Shown: positions 30,524 through 40,411, counted from the first letter of the stretch. The stretch: DNA of 64,000 bases from Cyanobacteria bacterium J06626_4 (GCA_038523235.1 JBCBJQ010000002.1:96001-160000), one strand, 5' to 3'. Notes: generated by a model from the letters alone, not told the origin. Numbers and translations: made by a program.

Positions 30524-31651
30524 ATGCAACTGTTTGCCAACGAATTCCTTGGAGCCCGGCCACACATTGCGGTTTTGGGCTCCCATAAGCTCGGTAACTT
30601 TGTGATAACGACACCCCTGCTGCGAGGGCTGAAAGCCAAATATCCACGTTGCACACTAGACTTCTTTGGCAGCGATCGCACCGCTGAGTTTGAGCGCCAG
30701 CTGGCCACTATTGATTGGCGCATGGCGTTGCATACCAATACACCCGAGACTTCCCCAGTCGTGCTGGCCGCAATTGATCGACGGCGGCAGCAAGTCGGTC
30801 CCTACGACTTGGTGATTAATTGCGATGATGACAGCGATCGCACCCAGGCCATCATTCCCTATCTACAGCCCACCTACCTGGTTGGTAGCCCTACCCCATT
30901 GGGGGCTTACCCAAGGCTGAACGTTAGCCAGCCTCTAATTCAAGCGATTCGGCAAGACCCCAACTGGAACAGTCCGACTTTTGTGCAAACTCATGTCCCG
31001 CTGGTACAGAGCAATTACATTGCTGAAATCTTCTGTCGGTTGGCCTATGTAGAGACGGATTTCACCCAACTGGACTTACCCACCCAGGCCCCTGCTTTTT
31101 CAGTGCCCGATGTCCTCATTCATGTGACTGCCAGTCGCGCCGCCAAGCTGTGGCTGCCCGAGTACTGGCAGTCAGTGATTCACTGGTGTCAGCAGCAGCG
31201 GCTGACGGTAGGGCTAGTCGGCAGTGCTCCAGCCCTACAAAAGCAGCACTATCATGCCAGCAATACCGAAGACTGGCTGTTGGCAACGACAGAACTGCTT
31301 GACCTGCGAGGGCAAGCGACGCTGCCTGAGCTAGCGGGGGCGCTAGCTCAAGCTCGGGCTTTCGTGACGGTGGATACGGGGCCATTGCACGTAGCCGCAG
31401 CGGTCGGGTGCCCGACGGTGGCCATCTTTGGTAATGACAGCGAGGGGGATGGGGCCAGCCCCATGCGGTTGTGGGCACCCCGGCAGCAGCATGTAAAACT
31501 GGCGCTCTCCCAGGTGAAATGCACCCACTGTCAAGCACAGCAGTTCAAAAACACCCACTGTCTCCTGAGCGAGCAGTTGTGCATGATGGCGGTGCTCCCT
31601 GAAACTGTCATGAGCACCCTACACGATTGTTTATCGTTGACAGATGGGTGA
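30524..31651 (+). CDS. Glycosyltransferase family 9 (heptosyltransferase-like)
   Basis: KLGNFVITTPLLRGLK, AKLW, TVDTGPLHVAAAVG.PTVAIFG; Cys-rich C-terminus. Confidence 0.85.
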   Translation: MQLFANEFLGARPHIAVLGSHKLGNFVITTPLLRGLKAKYPRCTLDFFGSDRTAEFERQLATIDWRMALHTNTPETSPVVLAAIDRRRQQVGPYDLVINCDDDSDRTQAIIPYLQPTYLVGSPTPLGAYPRLNVSQPLIQAIRQDPNWNSPTFVQTHVPLVQSNYIAEIFCRLAYVETDFTQLDLPTQAPAFSVPDVLIHVTASRAAKLWLPEYWQSVIHWCQQQRLTVGLVGSAPALQKQHYHASNTEDWLLATTELLDLRGQATLPELAGALAQARAFVTVDTGPLHVAAAVGCPTVAIFGNDSEGDGASPMRLWAPRQQHVKLALSQVKCTHCQAQQFKNTHCLLSEQLCMMAVLPETVMSTLHDCLSLTDG

Positions 31652-31654
31652 AAT

Positions 31655-32221
31655 TTACCGTAAAGGCTTGACTACCCGCCACTGCATTTGCACCTCTTCA
31701 ATCAGATTGTTGTACAGCGCGCTTTCTTGCAGCAGCAACTGAACATCATGGGCGTGATCGCCATAACGCTCAAACCACAGCGCACTGCCCACCAAACTGG
31801 TATGCACCAGGTCAAAGTCGACATTCATGTACAGGCCCAAGGGCGTATTCGCGTTCCCATGGCGCTGCCAGTCTCGGTTGCGCTGCCGTGAAAATAGCTC
31901 CAGGCCACTGGGAGTAACAGCCCGCACATGAGTGGGGTCATGCACAAAGTTATCGTGACGGTGGTGGGGCACCGTAATGTGAATCAGGCTATTGGCCTGA
32001 CAAATCCGATAAAGCTCTTGAATGATCTGCAAATAGGTGTCGGTCTTCTGTCCCAGGTGCTCTAAGACATGGGTTAGCTGCACTTCAGCGACACTATCGT
32101 CCTGCCAAGGCCAGGGGAAGGTTTCCAGGTCAAACGTGAGATCCGGTGTACCAAACTTATCCACATTGACGTAGCCAGATAAGCAGCGCTGCCCGCACCC
32201 CAAATTAAGTTTTAATACCAC
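31655..32221 (-). CDS. Class I SAM-dependent methyltransferase-like protein
   Basis: LNLGCG...GYVNVD, HVLEHL, DPTHVR, a type common in glycan loci. Confidence 0.82.
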   Translation of the reverse strand: MVLKLNLGCGQRCLSGYVNVDKFGTPDLTFDLETFPWPWQDDSVAEVQLTHVLEHLGQKTDTYLQIIQELYRICQANSLIHITVPHHRHDNFVHDPTHVRAVTPSGLELFSRQRNRDWQRHGNANTPLGLYMNVDFDLVHTSLVGSALWFERYGDHAHDVQLLLQESALYNNLIEEVQMQWRVVKPLR

Positions 32222-32327
32222 GGTTAGTTTTACCCATCCCCTGAGTTCACTGGCTTAATCCTGAGACAACAGTCAGGTTAGGACGTCGTTTTCGCTGGTC
32301 CGTTTACACATCTTCACGCAACATTTT

Positions 32328-32343
32328 GTGTAATAAATTACAC
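32328..32343. promoter_or_regulatory. Perfect palindrome GTGTAAT-AA-ATTACAC in the divergent promoter region
   Basis: 7-2-7 inverted repeat between the methyltransferase and tpsA starts. Confidence 0.45.
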
Positions 32344-32383
32344 TCGTGACATCTGACAAGCTGCCGTCACGACATTATTTGCC

Positions 32384-35300
32384 ATGCGTTGCCTACCCAA
32401 ATCCGTACTGGTGCTGATTGTTTGCCTGCTCGCCTCGAGAATGCCGCGATCAGCAGTCGCCCAATCGATTACGGTTGCTCCCGACGGTGCTGGCACCAAC
32501 GTCACCTTCAACGCTGCCAGTCAAACCTACACCATCAACGGCGGCACCCAGATTGATGCCAATCTGTTTCACAGCTTTCAGCAGTTTGGCTTGAGTACTA
32601 ACGAAATTGCCAACTTCTTAGCTAATTCCGATGTCGCCAACATTCTGGCTCGGGTGAGCGGCGGGCAAACCTCAATCATTGACGGTCTCTTGCAAGTCAG
32701 CGGCGGTAACCATGCCAATCTCTTCATTCTCAATCCCGCTGGGGTGTTGCTGGGCCGCAACGCCAACTTGGACTTATCAGGGTCATTTTCGGTGAGTACG
32801 GCCAGTGGTCTGGCCTTTGGCGACAATGTGTTTAATGCTACGGGCAGCAATGACTACAGCGCCCTCACGGGAACTCCTACCAGCTATGTCTTTTTGGGGA
32901 ATGAAGGAGTTTTGCTCAACGAAGCTGACCTCGCCGTCAACCCCGGTGCAAGTTTGACTTTGGCGGGCAGCACTGTGATTAACACGGGGGACTTAGAAGC
33001 TCCTGGCGGCAACGTATCCATCGTGGCAGTGCCGGAGCAAGGGATTCTGCGCATTTCCCAAGACGGCTTAGTGATGAGTTTGGCGGTGCCGACTGACCAG
33101 CTCCAAGGACTCGTGGATGCGGGCATTACCCCGTTAGATTTGCCCGGTTTGCTCGCTGGCGAATGGGGCGGTTCTGCTACTACGGTGGCGACTCTGGCCG
33201 ATGGCACGGTGGTCTTTGCGGGTGAGGGCCGTGCAGTAAATGTCGCTGCGGGTGCCGCGACCAGCAGCGGAACTGTGGATGTGTCTGGTCAGCAAGGGGG
33301 GCAGGTGATCTTTCGGGCTGACGATGTGGCGCTGCCGTCAGGCCTGATTGATGTGTCAGGGACTGACCAAGGCGGAGAGCTGGCGGTTTATGCCCGTGAT
33401 GATTTGAGCTTAGGGGTCACGGTCGATGCCAGTGGAGGGGGCGGGCATGTGTTGTTTGACCCCGCCATCTTAGATATTGATGCGGCGGCGGTAACCAGCG
33501 TCGTGAGTGGCTTAAACACAGGTGATGTAACGCTGCAGGCGTCAGAGACGATCAATGTCAATGCCGCAATTGATAGCAGTGCTCAAGGCAATGGCAATAC
33601 CCTGACGTTTGCCGATGAAAATAGCGACAATAGCCTAGCGATCAACCTAAACGCCCTGATTTCCTTGGGCAACAATCAGACTCTGGCAGGTGAAGGAACG
33701 ACCGTGAATGTCAATGTCACGGATGCCGGGATTGTGCAGAATGGAGTCGATGTTGCCGCAGCGAATGGCACGGTGAACTTAGCCGCAGGTACCTTTCAGG
33801 AAGGGCAGGAGGTGACGATCAATCGGCCAGTCACCCTGAGGGGAGCGGGCCAGACGGATACCGCCCTAGATGGGGCGGGTACCCACCAGGTGTTGAACGA
33901 TACCAGCGGAGATACGCTCACCCTGACCGATCTGACGGTGCAGAATGGCAGTACGACGGGCAATGGCGGTGGTTTCTCCAGCAATGGTGCTGTGACCCTA
34001 AACAATGTCACCATTTCAGGGAATTCAGCCGGTGATAGGGGCGGCGGGATTTATACTCCTAGTGCCGTGACGCTGAACAATGCCACTGTTTCAGGGAATT
34101 CGGCAAACGATAGAGGCGGCGGGATTTATGGCCGCAATGGTTTGATTACGATGACGAATTCTACGGTGTCGGGCAATTCGTCAAACCAATATGGCGGGGG
34201 GATTCACACCCGTAATCGAGTAACCGTGACGAACTCTACGGTGTCGGGCAATTCGTCGCGTCGCAACGGCGGGGGTATTTATAGCCGTAGTGGCGCGATT
34301 ACCGTGACGAACTCTACGGTGTCGGGCAATTCGTCAAACCGTCATGGTGGCGGTGTTTGGAGCCGCAATCGTTCGATTACCCTGACTGATTCCATCGTGT
34401 CGGGTAATTCGGCCAGGCTTTCTGCCGCCGGAGTTTACTCCCGCGATGTCACCGTGACGAACTCCACGGTGTCGGGCAACTCAGCGGGAGATTTGGGGGG
34501 AGGGCTTTATGCCACCGGGTCGCTCACCATCACGAACTCTACGGTGTCGGGCAATTCGGCAACGAATAAAGGCGGCGGCTCGTATCACCGTAATCATGCC
34601 ACCATCACGAATTCCACGATTTCGGTTAATTCATCCAATCGAGGTGGCGGCATGTATGCCCGTGGTGGTGGTGCTGTCACCCTGACCAATTCGACGGTGT
34701 CGGGAAATTCAGCGAATGATCGGGGCGGGGGGATTTTTATGCGCAACGTGGGTAGTGGCAACCTAATCCTGAGCAACGCCACGATCGCCACCAACACCGC
34801 CAATGTCGATGGTGGTGGCATCTTTTTAAACACTGCAAGTAATAACACTATCAACAACAGCATTGCTGCCAACAATTTTGCTGGTAGGGACGGCCCCGAT
34901 ATCAGTGGAAATCTGGTCAACAGCACTATCACCAATAGCTTGATTCAAAACACTACGGGCATCACTGCTGGGGCACCCAGCAATGGCGTCGATGGTAATA
35001 TCGTTGGCCAAGATCCGCTGCTGACTCCGCTGACCCATAACGGTGGGCCGACCCTCACCCATGGCCTCGCGATTGGGAGTCCAGCCATTGATGCCAGCGG
35101 GGCTGGAGCCACGACCACGGATCAACGGATTCTTGCGGCAGTGAATATTCGTGACCTGGGTGCGTTTGAATTTGCGGCTCAACCTGACTTTACGATCATT
35201 GCTGGCAACAATCAGAGCACTACTGTTGACACGACATTTGGGAAGGCCCTACAGGTACAGCTGCGGGATGCCAATGGTGACCCCTTCTGGCTCGGCTCCG

Positions 35301-36091
35301 ATATTATCTTTACGGCCCCCAGCAGTGGTGCCAGTCTCAGCAGCACCCGCCAAACAATCACGCCTGGTGTCGATGGCATGGCTAGCCTGACAACCTCTGC
35401 TAATACGGTGGCTGGCGCCTTCACGGTGTCAGTGGGGGTACCCGGTCTGACTGCCGTCGACTTTGATCTAGCGAATACGGCAGGCGCTGCCAGCATTCTG
35501 AATATCATCAGGGGAAATCGCCAAAACACCATCGTCAACACGGCCTTTAGCGATGCCCTGCAGGTGCAAGTTACTGATGCTTTTGGCAATGCGGTCTCTG
35601 GGGTGAATGTGACATTAACCGCGCCGCTGACGGGAGCCAGTGCTAGCTTCGCTAATACCGCTTTTACGACTGATGCCTTCGGTCAAGTCTCCACCACCGC
35701 CATCGCCAACGCCACTGCCGGTCGCTTTCAGATCGGTGCTTCGGCGTTGGGTCTGACCGGAGTCAGCTTTGATCTGACGAATACGGCGGTGGTTGTCTCG
35801 CCTCCTTCTTCCAGTGGGATAGACCCCGATACGCTGCCGGGTGTAGCCCAGCGCGATCGCCTATTTGAGACTGCCGAAGCTGCCGGCTATAGGAGCATTA
35901 GAGGGAATGAAGTGCTCGGCACCTGCATTCTGACCATTGATCCCGCCCTGACGGCAACCTTGAACCTGCCAGACAGCATCCGTCAACAGTCTCAGCGAGA
36001 CGAGGTGGAAGACCCTGCCAGCAATACGCTGCCCGCCTGTCCCAGAATTGGGGACTCCGAAAACTTGGATGCCCTCAGTCCAGTTGACTAA
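32384..36091 (+). CDS. Two-partner secretion exoprotein (TpsA): haemagglutination/TPS domain, beta-helix repeats, choice-of-anchor Q-like and Ig-like (Big-1) domains
   Basis: Signal peptide, NLFHSFQQF and NPAG TPS motifs, NSTVSGNS repeats, DPLL.PL..NGGPT.TH...GSPAIDA, two GN.Q.T.V.T.F...LQV repeats. Confidence 0.88.
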   Translation: MRCLPKSVLVLIVCLLASRMPRSAVAQSITVAPDGAGTNVTFNAASQTYTINGGTQIDANLFHSFQQFGLSTNEIANFLANSDVANILARVSGGQTSIIDGLLQVSGGNHANLFILNPAGVLLGRNANLDLSGSFSVSTASGLAFGDNVFNATGSNDYSALTGTPTSYVFLGNEGVLLNEADLAVNPGASLTLAGSTVINTGDLEAPGGNVSIVAVPEQGILRISQDGLVMSLAVPTDQLQGLVDAGITPLDLPGLLAGEWGGSATTVATLADGTVVFAGEGRAVNVAAGAATSSGTVDVSGQQGGQVIFRADDVALPSGLIDVSGTDQGGELAVYARDDLSLGVTVDASGGGGHVLFDPAILDIDAAAVTSVVSGLNTGDVTLQASETINVNAAIDSSAQGNGNTLTFADENSDNSLAINLNALISLGNNQTLAGEGTTVNVNVTDAGIVQNGVDVAAANGTVNLAAGTFQEGQEVTINRPVTLRGAGQTDTALDGAGTHQVLNDTSGDTLTLTDLTVQNGSTTGNGGGFSSNGAVTLNNVTISGNSAGDRGGGIYTPSAVTLNNATVSGNSANDRGGGIYGRNGLITMTNSTVSGNSSNQYGGGIHTRNRVTVTNSTVSGNSSRRNGGGIYSRSGAITVTNSTVSGNSSNRHGGGVWSRNRSITLTDSIVSGNSARLSAAGVYSRDVTVTNSTVSGNSAGDLGGGLYATGSLTITNSTVSGNSATNKGGGSYHRNHATITNSTISVNSSNRGGGMYARGGGAVTLTNSTVSGNSANDRGGGIFMRNVGSGNLILSNATIATNTANVDGGGIFLNTASNNTINNSIAANNFAGRDGPDISGNLVNSTITNSLIQNTTGITAGAPSNGVDGNIVGQDPLLTPLTHNGGPTLTHGLAIGSPAIDASGAGATTTDQRILAAVNIRDLGAFEFAAQPDFTIIAGNNQSTTVDTTFGKALQVQLRDANGDPFWLGSDIIFTAPSSGASLSSTRQTITPGVDGMASLTTSANTVAGAFTVSVGVPGLTAVDFDLANTAGAASILNIIRGNRQNTIVNTAFSDALQVQVTDAFGNAVSGVNVTLTAPLTGASASFANTAFTTDAFGQVSTTAIANATAGRFQIGASALGLTGVSFDLTNTAVVVSPPSSSGIDPDTLPGVAQRDRLFETAEAAGYRSIRGNEVLGTCILTIDPALTATLNLPDSIRQQSQRDEVEDPASNTLPACPRIGDSENLDALSPVD
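33940..34830 (+). repeat. About ten intragenic ~66-75 bp repeats encoding GGG.Y....VT.TNSTVSGNS beta-helix coils
   Basis: Recurrent ACGAACTCTACGGTGTCGGGCAATTC core. Confidence 0.85.
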
Positions 36092-36241
36092 AGGTAAGGT
36101 GGAGCTCAACTTCTGTGGTGCTTAGCAGGGATTTTTTCATTTCATCGCGATCGCCCCTGCTCTATTGCCACTTTCCTGCACATCTTTGCCTAACCGAGCT
36201 TTGATCAGTCTCTGAACAGTCAAGTGCATCTCGAAATTATT

Positions 36242-36433
36242 GAGGATGAGTTGGCATTGATTTTAGAGTTACCCGCTTATTCACCTGAGTTAAATCACAT
36301 CGAAATTTTGTGGCAATTCACGAAGTATGACGAGTTAGAGGCCAAAGCCTACGAGCGTTGACCAAGCTTGAGAGCACATGTGGAAAAGATGCTAAGCGGA
36401 TTTGGACATGACTTTGTAATTGCTTTGGCATAG
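36242..36433 (+). pseudogene. IS630-family transposase C-terminal remnant
   Basis: Manual translation LELPAYSPELNHIEILWQFTKYDELEAKAYER*PSLRAHVEKMLSGFG; LP.YSPELN.IE..W motif with internal stop. Confidence 0.8.
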
Positions 36434-36454
36434 GTATTTATCTGGAGGCAGCTC

Positions 36455-38119
36455 ATGCCCATGTGTTTTCGTGTATGTATCCTGACTACGGGGGTTGTGG
36501 TCCTGAGTTGCATTGCCCCGGTTCAGGCCCAGGTGCCCTATGCCCAAGTAGATCCTCAACTTGACCCGCTGCCCGTGCCAGCACCTTTGCCGGACGAAGT
36601 GCCCTTAGAAACCCCAGAGCCAGATACGCCAGATACACCGTCCTCAGAATCTATCCCCATTGAAGTCACTCAAATTCAAGTGGTCGGTAGTACGGTCTTT
36701 ACCCCAGAAGAGTTGGCTGAACTGGTCGCCCCTTTTGAAAACCGCACCACTACCCTGGCAGAACTCCAGAGTTTGGCCAGAGAACTCAACCAGCGCTATC
36801 TGAACGCAGGCTACATTACCACTCAGGTACGCATTCCCGAGCAAACCCTGATCGATGGCAGAGTCATCTTGGAAGTGTTGGAGGGGGAGCTAGCAGATAT
36901 CACTATTGAGGGATCTGATCGCTACCAAACCTACATCACCAGTCGCCTTAACCGCGCCAGCACTGCCCCCTTAAACCAGTTAGAGCTAGAAGACGCCCTT
37001 CAACTCCTAGAGTTGGAGGGCGTCTTTGATTCGGTACAGGCCGATCTGGAACCGGGCAGGTCTCCAGGCACCAGTCTCTTATCAGTACGGGTAGAGGAAG
37101 CTAACCCCTTCCAGGGCCAGGTCTTTAGTGATGCCTACTCCCCCAGCAGTGTAGGGCGCGTCCGGGTGGGGACCCAACTGCAATATCGCGGCTTAGTGGT
37201 GCCAGGGGACACCGCCATCGCGACGGTGAGCACAACCACGACAGGTGGAGCTCAAGCCTATAACCTGGGCTATCAGGTGCCCATCGCCCCCAACAACAGC
37301 ACTCTGCGTTTTGGTCTTACCTATGAAGATTTTGAAATTACCGACGAGGATAACCCCGCCTTCGCTTTGGATATTGAAGGGCAGACCTTAATCTACGAGG
37401 GCGAGTTCCGCTATCCCATCATTCGCACCCCACGAGAGGAACTGGGGCTCTCTTTGGGGTTTCGCCATCGTGATGGCGAAAGCGTCATTCTCGATACCAT
37501 TACTGTGCCCAGCGTGACCAGCGTAGTGCAATTTTCTCAGGATTACCTGCGCCGCGATCGCTCCGGTGCTTGGGCGGCAAGATCTCAATTTAGCCTGGGC
37601 ACCACTCTCTTTAACGCGACGGATAATCCCTCACCGGACGCGGATGGTCAGTTCTTTTCGTGGCGGGGACAGGTGCAGCGAGTACAGGTACTGAACCCCG
37701 ATAATCTACTGATTTTGCGGGGTGATGTGCAGTTGGCCAACGATTCGCTGCTGGGCAGTGAGGCTTTTTTGATCGGTGGGGGGCAGTCTGTGCGGGGCTT
37801 TAATCAAAACGCTCGGGCTGGAGACAACGGGGTGCTTTTTTCCATTGAGGATCGGATTGTCTTGCAACGACATGTCGATGGCAGTCCTCTGTTTCAGGTG
37901 GTGCCATTCATGGATCTAGGAGCAGTGTGGTTTGAAGATCCCTCTAACCAACCCACGAACAATAACTTCCTTTGGGGCACAGGTGTGGGGCTAATCATCG
38001 ATCCACTGCGAGGACTCAATGCCCGATTTGATGTGGGCATCCCCTTAGTAGAGCTGGATGAACCGGGTGATACCGATACTGGAGTACAGTTTTATTTTTC
38101 CTTGAATTACCAGTTTTAG
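36455..38119 (+). CDS. ShlB/FhaC/HecB family TpsB outer-membrane translocator
   Basis: POTRA (VVGSTVF, YLNAGYITT), IGGGQSVRGF, C-terminal YFSLNYQF; GGAGG RBS. Confidence 0.92.
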   Translation: MPMCFRVCILTTGVVVLSCIAPVQAQVPYAQVDPQLDPLPVPAPLPDEVPLETPEPDTPDTPSSESIPIEVTQIQVVGSTVFTPEELAELVAPFENRTTTLAELQSLARELNQRYLNAGYITTQVRIPEQTLIDGRVILEVLEGELADITIEGSDRYQTYITSRLNRASTAPLNQLELEDALQLLELEGVFDSVQADLEPGRSPGTSLLSVRVEEANPFQGQVFSDAYSPSSVGRVRVGTQLQYRGLVVPGDTAIATVSTTTTGGAQAYNLGYQVPIAPNNSTLRFGLTYEDFEITDEDNPAFALDIEGQTLIYEGEFRYPIIRTPREELGLSLGFRHRDGESVILDTITVPSVTSVVQFSQDYLRRDRSGAWAARSQFSLGTTLFNATDNPSPDADGQFFSWRGQVQRVQVLNPDNLLILRGDVQLANDSLLGSEAFLIGGGQSVRGFNQNARAGDNGVLFSIEDRIVLQRHVDGSPLFQVVPFMDLGAVWFEDPSNQPTNNNFLWGTGVGLIIDPLRGLNARFDVGIPLVELDEPGDTDTGVQFYFSLNYQF

Positions 38120-38214
38120 GAGGATGACAACGAGCCGATGCTGTGGACAAATCGCTGAGAGAAGAATCTAGATGTCAAAGTCTTTCTGTTCAACCTTAAC
38201 GGATGACCATGAGC

Positions 38215-38321
38215 AGAATGAAACTGTTGGGTCTTGGACAATGGGGCCTCTTTTAGACAGTTTTAATGACGCGCACGACATTGCTGGCTGCTGCCGTCAG
38301 GATATGTTGAAGGTGAGTCTT
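38215..38321 (-). pseudogene. IS1182-family transposase C-terminal remnant
   Basis: Manual minus-strand translation KTHLQHILTAAASNVVRV, then frameshifted LKEAPLSKTQ. Confidence 0.65.
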
Positions 38322-38596
38322 GTTGAATTTTCTCTAGACAACACTGACAGCTTCCTTCATTTCGGTTTTGTCTTTGTACCTGGCCTCAGGACAGACAATT
38401 TTTGTCAGGGTTTGGCCGTACCAACTCCGGCGATTGGGGACGCGATTTTTGAGCAACTCTCTGAGGACTCCGCTTGCTCGCAAGATACTCGCAATTCCGA
38501 AAACCAAACGCCAAACTCATCATTTCGCCTTCCCGATACCCATTCCCAAAATTAGCTGCGATAATGCTCAAAAGTTGAAAATTCGCGTTGGGCACT

Positions 38597-40411
38597 ATGG
38601 CGAGATTGGATTCGGTTTGGGCAACGGTCAAAACTGTAGTGAAGCCGCTGGGTAAATGGGGCCTGCTATTGGGGTTGGTCGCGGTGAGCGCGATCGCCTT
38701 TGCGGGCTGCAATCCGTCTCAGTTTACGGCGGCTGAGGTGGCGACCTCTCGCATTGTTTTTAGTTCCTTGGGCGATCCCAAAACCTTTAACCCCGCCCTC
38801 AGCCAGGAATATCCCAACATCTTTATTTATACGTCCGAAGGGTTGCTTACCTTGGATGGCGAAACCGGTGACATCATGCCAGCCCTGGCCGAATCTTGGG
38901 AGATTGCCGACGACGGCCTGACCTATACCTACACGCTGCGCGAAGGGTTGCAGTGGTCTGACGGTGAGCCGTTGACGTCAGATGATGTGGTCTTCACCTA
39001 CCGCGATGTCATCTTTAATGAGGCGATTCCAGCGACCAGTCGTGACTCCTTTCGGGTCGGGCAAGAAGGCCTGCTGCCGACGATCGAAAAGATTGACGAT
39101 CGCCGCTTTAAATTCATCCTGCCTGAGCCCTTTGCGCCCTTTTTGCTGAACTCTGGAGGCGGCCTACTGCCGGCCCACAGGCTACAAGAATCGGTGAACA
39201 TGCTGGATGAAGAAGGCAACCCTGAATTCTTGTCGATGTGGTCTACGGGGACCCTGCCGGCCGAAATTGTGGGCAGCGGCCCCTATCGCCTGAAGCAATA
39301 TTTGCCTAGCCAGCGGGTCATTTTCGAAAAAAACCCTTTTTATTGGCAAGAAGATGACCAAGGCAATTCGCAACCCTACGTGCAAGAGCTAATCTGGCAG
39401 GTGATTGAATCGAGCGATAACCAACTCCTGCAATTTCGCTCGGGGGGGCTCGACGTGATTGGCGTTTCTCCCGATAAGTTCGCCTTGATGAAGCGCGAAG
39501 AAGACCGGGGCAATTTCACCATTCACAAAGGGGGGCCAGCCCTGGGTACTACCTTTATCACCTTTAACCTGAATAAGGCGAGTCGGGATGGTACGCCGCT
39601 AGTTGATCCGATTAAATCGCAATGGTTTAACTCGGTGGCGTTTCGGCAGGCCATCTCTCACGCGATTGATCGTCCCACCATGATTAACAACATTTATCAG
39701 GGCTTGGGTGAACCGCAAACCTCACCGCTGCCGGTACAAAGCCCCTTTTATGCCAGCCCTGCCGATGGCATGCCGACCTATGACTACAACCTTGAACGTG
39801 CTAGAGAACTGCTGCTAGCGGATGGGTTTCAGTACAGCCCCGCCGGAGAACTGCAGGATGCCGAGGGCAATCGCGTGCGATTTACGCTGATCACCAACTC
39901 TGGCAACAAAATCCGCGAAGCGATCGGGGCACAAATCAAGCAGGATTTAGGCAAAATCGGCATCCAGGTTGACTTTCAGCCCATTAGTTTTAACGCGCTG
40001 GTGACGAAGCTCAGCGATAGCTTGGACTGGGAAGCCCACATTATTGGCTTTACCGCCGGGTTAGAGCCCAATGGGGGCGCGACCGTTTGGCTGACGGATG
40101 GCTCGCTGCATGCCTTTAACCAAAATGCGCTGGCGGGCCAAGAGCCCTTAGAAGGGTGGGAAGCAGCCGAGTGGGAACTGCGCATTGCTGATATCTATAT
40201 TCGAGCGGCCCAAGAGGTGGATGATGACAAGCGCCGCGAACTTTATTTTGAGAGTCAGCGTTTGACTCAGGAATATCTGCCCTTTATCTATCTGGTGAAT
40301 CCGCTCAACATGGGGGCCGTTCGCAACACCCTGGAGGGGATTAATTATTCGGGCATTGTGCGGCCGTTTGCGCTGTGGAATGTGCAAGAGCTGACGGTCG
40401 CGACGGAGTGA
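38597..40411 (+). CDS. Peptide/nickel-type ABC transporter substrate-binding lipoprotein (family 5)
   Basis: Lipobox FAGC, DPKTFN, PALAESW, WSDGEPLTSDDVVFT, GSGPY. Confidence 0.92.
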   Translation: MARLDSVWATVKTVVKPLGKWGLLLGLVAVSAIAFAGCNPSQFTAAEVATSRIVFSSLGDPKTFNPALSQEYPNIFIYTSEGLLTLDGETGDIMPALAESWEIADDGLTYTYTLREGLQWSDGEPLTSDDVVFTYRDVIFNEAIPATSRDSFRVGQEGLLPTIEKIDDRRFKFILPEPFAPFLLNSGGGLLPAHRLQESVNMLDEEGNPEFLSMWSTGTLPAEIVGSGPYRLKQYLPSQRVIFEKNPFYWQEDDQGNSQPYVQELIWQVIESSDNQLLQFRSGGLDVIGVSPDKFALMKREEDRGNFTIHKGGPALGTTFITFNLNKASRDGTPLVDPIKSQWFNSVAFRQAISHAIDRPTMINNIYQGLGEPQTSPLPVQSPFYASPADGMPTYDYNLERARELLLADGFQYSPAGELQDAEGNRVRFTLITNSGNKIREAIGAQIKQDLGKIGIQVDFQPISFNALVTKLSDSLDWEAHIIGFTAGLEPNGGATVWLTDGSLHAFNQNALAGQEPLEGWEAAEWELRIADIYIRAAQEVDDDKRRELYFESQRLTQEYLPFIYLVNPLNMGAVRNTLEGINYSGIVRPFALWNVQELTVATE

